The translations under genes and the position numbers were made by a program. From Bryobacterales bacterium (GTDB lineage Bacteria; Acidobacteriota; Terriglobia; Bryobacterales; UBA6623): DNA of 64,000 bases. Positions within the stretch are counted from its first letter, which is position 1. The number at the start of each line of letters is the position of its first letter. Shown piece by piece: positions 63,906 through 64,000 of the stretch. The notes under the pieces are model-generated. The model was not told the DNA's origin, ran no database searches, and saw only the letters and a program-made list of their open reading frames with translations. The stretch spans positions 182,175-246,174 of the forward strand of contig CBDCHL010000001.1 of assembly GCA_965217195.1 (NCBI GenBank), read 5' to 3'.

Positions 63906-64000
63906 GTGAGCATCACTCAACTCAAAACCCGGCGAGTTTCGGCCGGGATTCCCGGCCAACTGGTTTGTCAACGGGCAGGTTTGCGACGTGCTCGGCTCAG
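63906..64000 (+). CDS. XRE-type HTH protein, 5' end only (runs off the window)
   Basis: GGAGG lies 8 nt upstream of GTG 63906. VSITQLKTRRVSAGIPGQLVCQRAGLRRARLS resembles ..lr..R...gls...la...g(v/l)s...(l/i)s. Confidence 0.35.
   Translation, partial: MSITQLKTRRVSAGIPGQLVCQRAGLRRARL

Overview
High-GC (about 60-65% by eye) bacterial chromosome segment. The gene content points to Acidobacteriota of the Solibacter/Bryobacter type: an acidobacterial-type VWA protein, CarboxypepD_reg+TPR and CRTAC1/FG-GAP proteins, and a PSD1/DUF1501 pair. All family calls come from motif recognition in the translations; no database search was run. The window has two parts. (1) Positions 1 to about 28.9 kb are mostly intact core genes: TPP enzyme, FdhE-like, folP, thrS, pyrD, rpiB, M42 peptidase, response regulator and others. 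This part also holds one small IS graveyard (a truncated IS1595 copy next to an IS256 remnant) and two possible homopolymer frameshifts. (2) Positions 28.9-64 kb are a heavily rearranged accessory region. It holds a frameshifted IS1595 and two near-identical 1,093-bp IS630 copies in inverted orientation that bracket 20.9 kb. It also holds one intact tyrosine integrase, at least four integrase remnants, a serine recombinase, tRNA-derived att-like scars, prophage and integrative-element debris, and many truncated or frameshifted genes. The strongest single candidate is a Prx-like2/AhpC-TSA redoxin (26618..27799). An in-frame TGA sits exactly at the first Cys of its CxxC motif and is followed 11 nt later by a SECIS-like hairpin, so this is a candidate selenoprotein. 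Other items worth a second look: a 130-bp structured inverted repeat at 44.0 and 56.5 kb, one copy directly upstream of the intact integrase; a dense array of eight TGGACA hexamers; an integrase gene split in frame by a 1,356-bp single-gene insertion with 7-bp direct repeats; a CRTAC1-like gene split by a roughly 770-bp inversion; a lipoprotein signal/N-terminal module shared by two unrelated genes; and a PPC / DUF1549-DUF1553 / DUF1501 triad of unknown function. No CRISPR array, rRNA or intact tRNA was seen.
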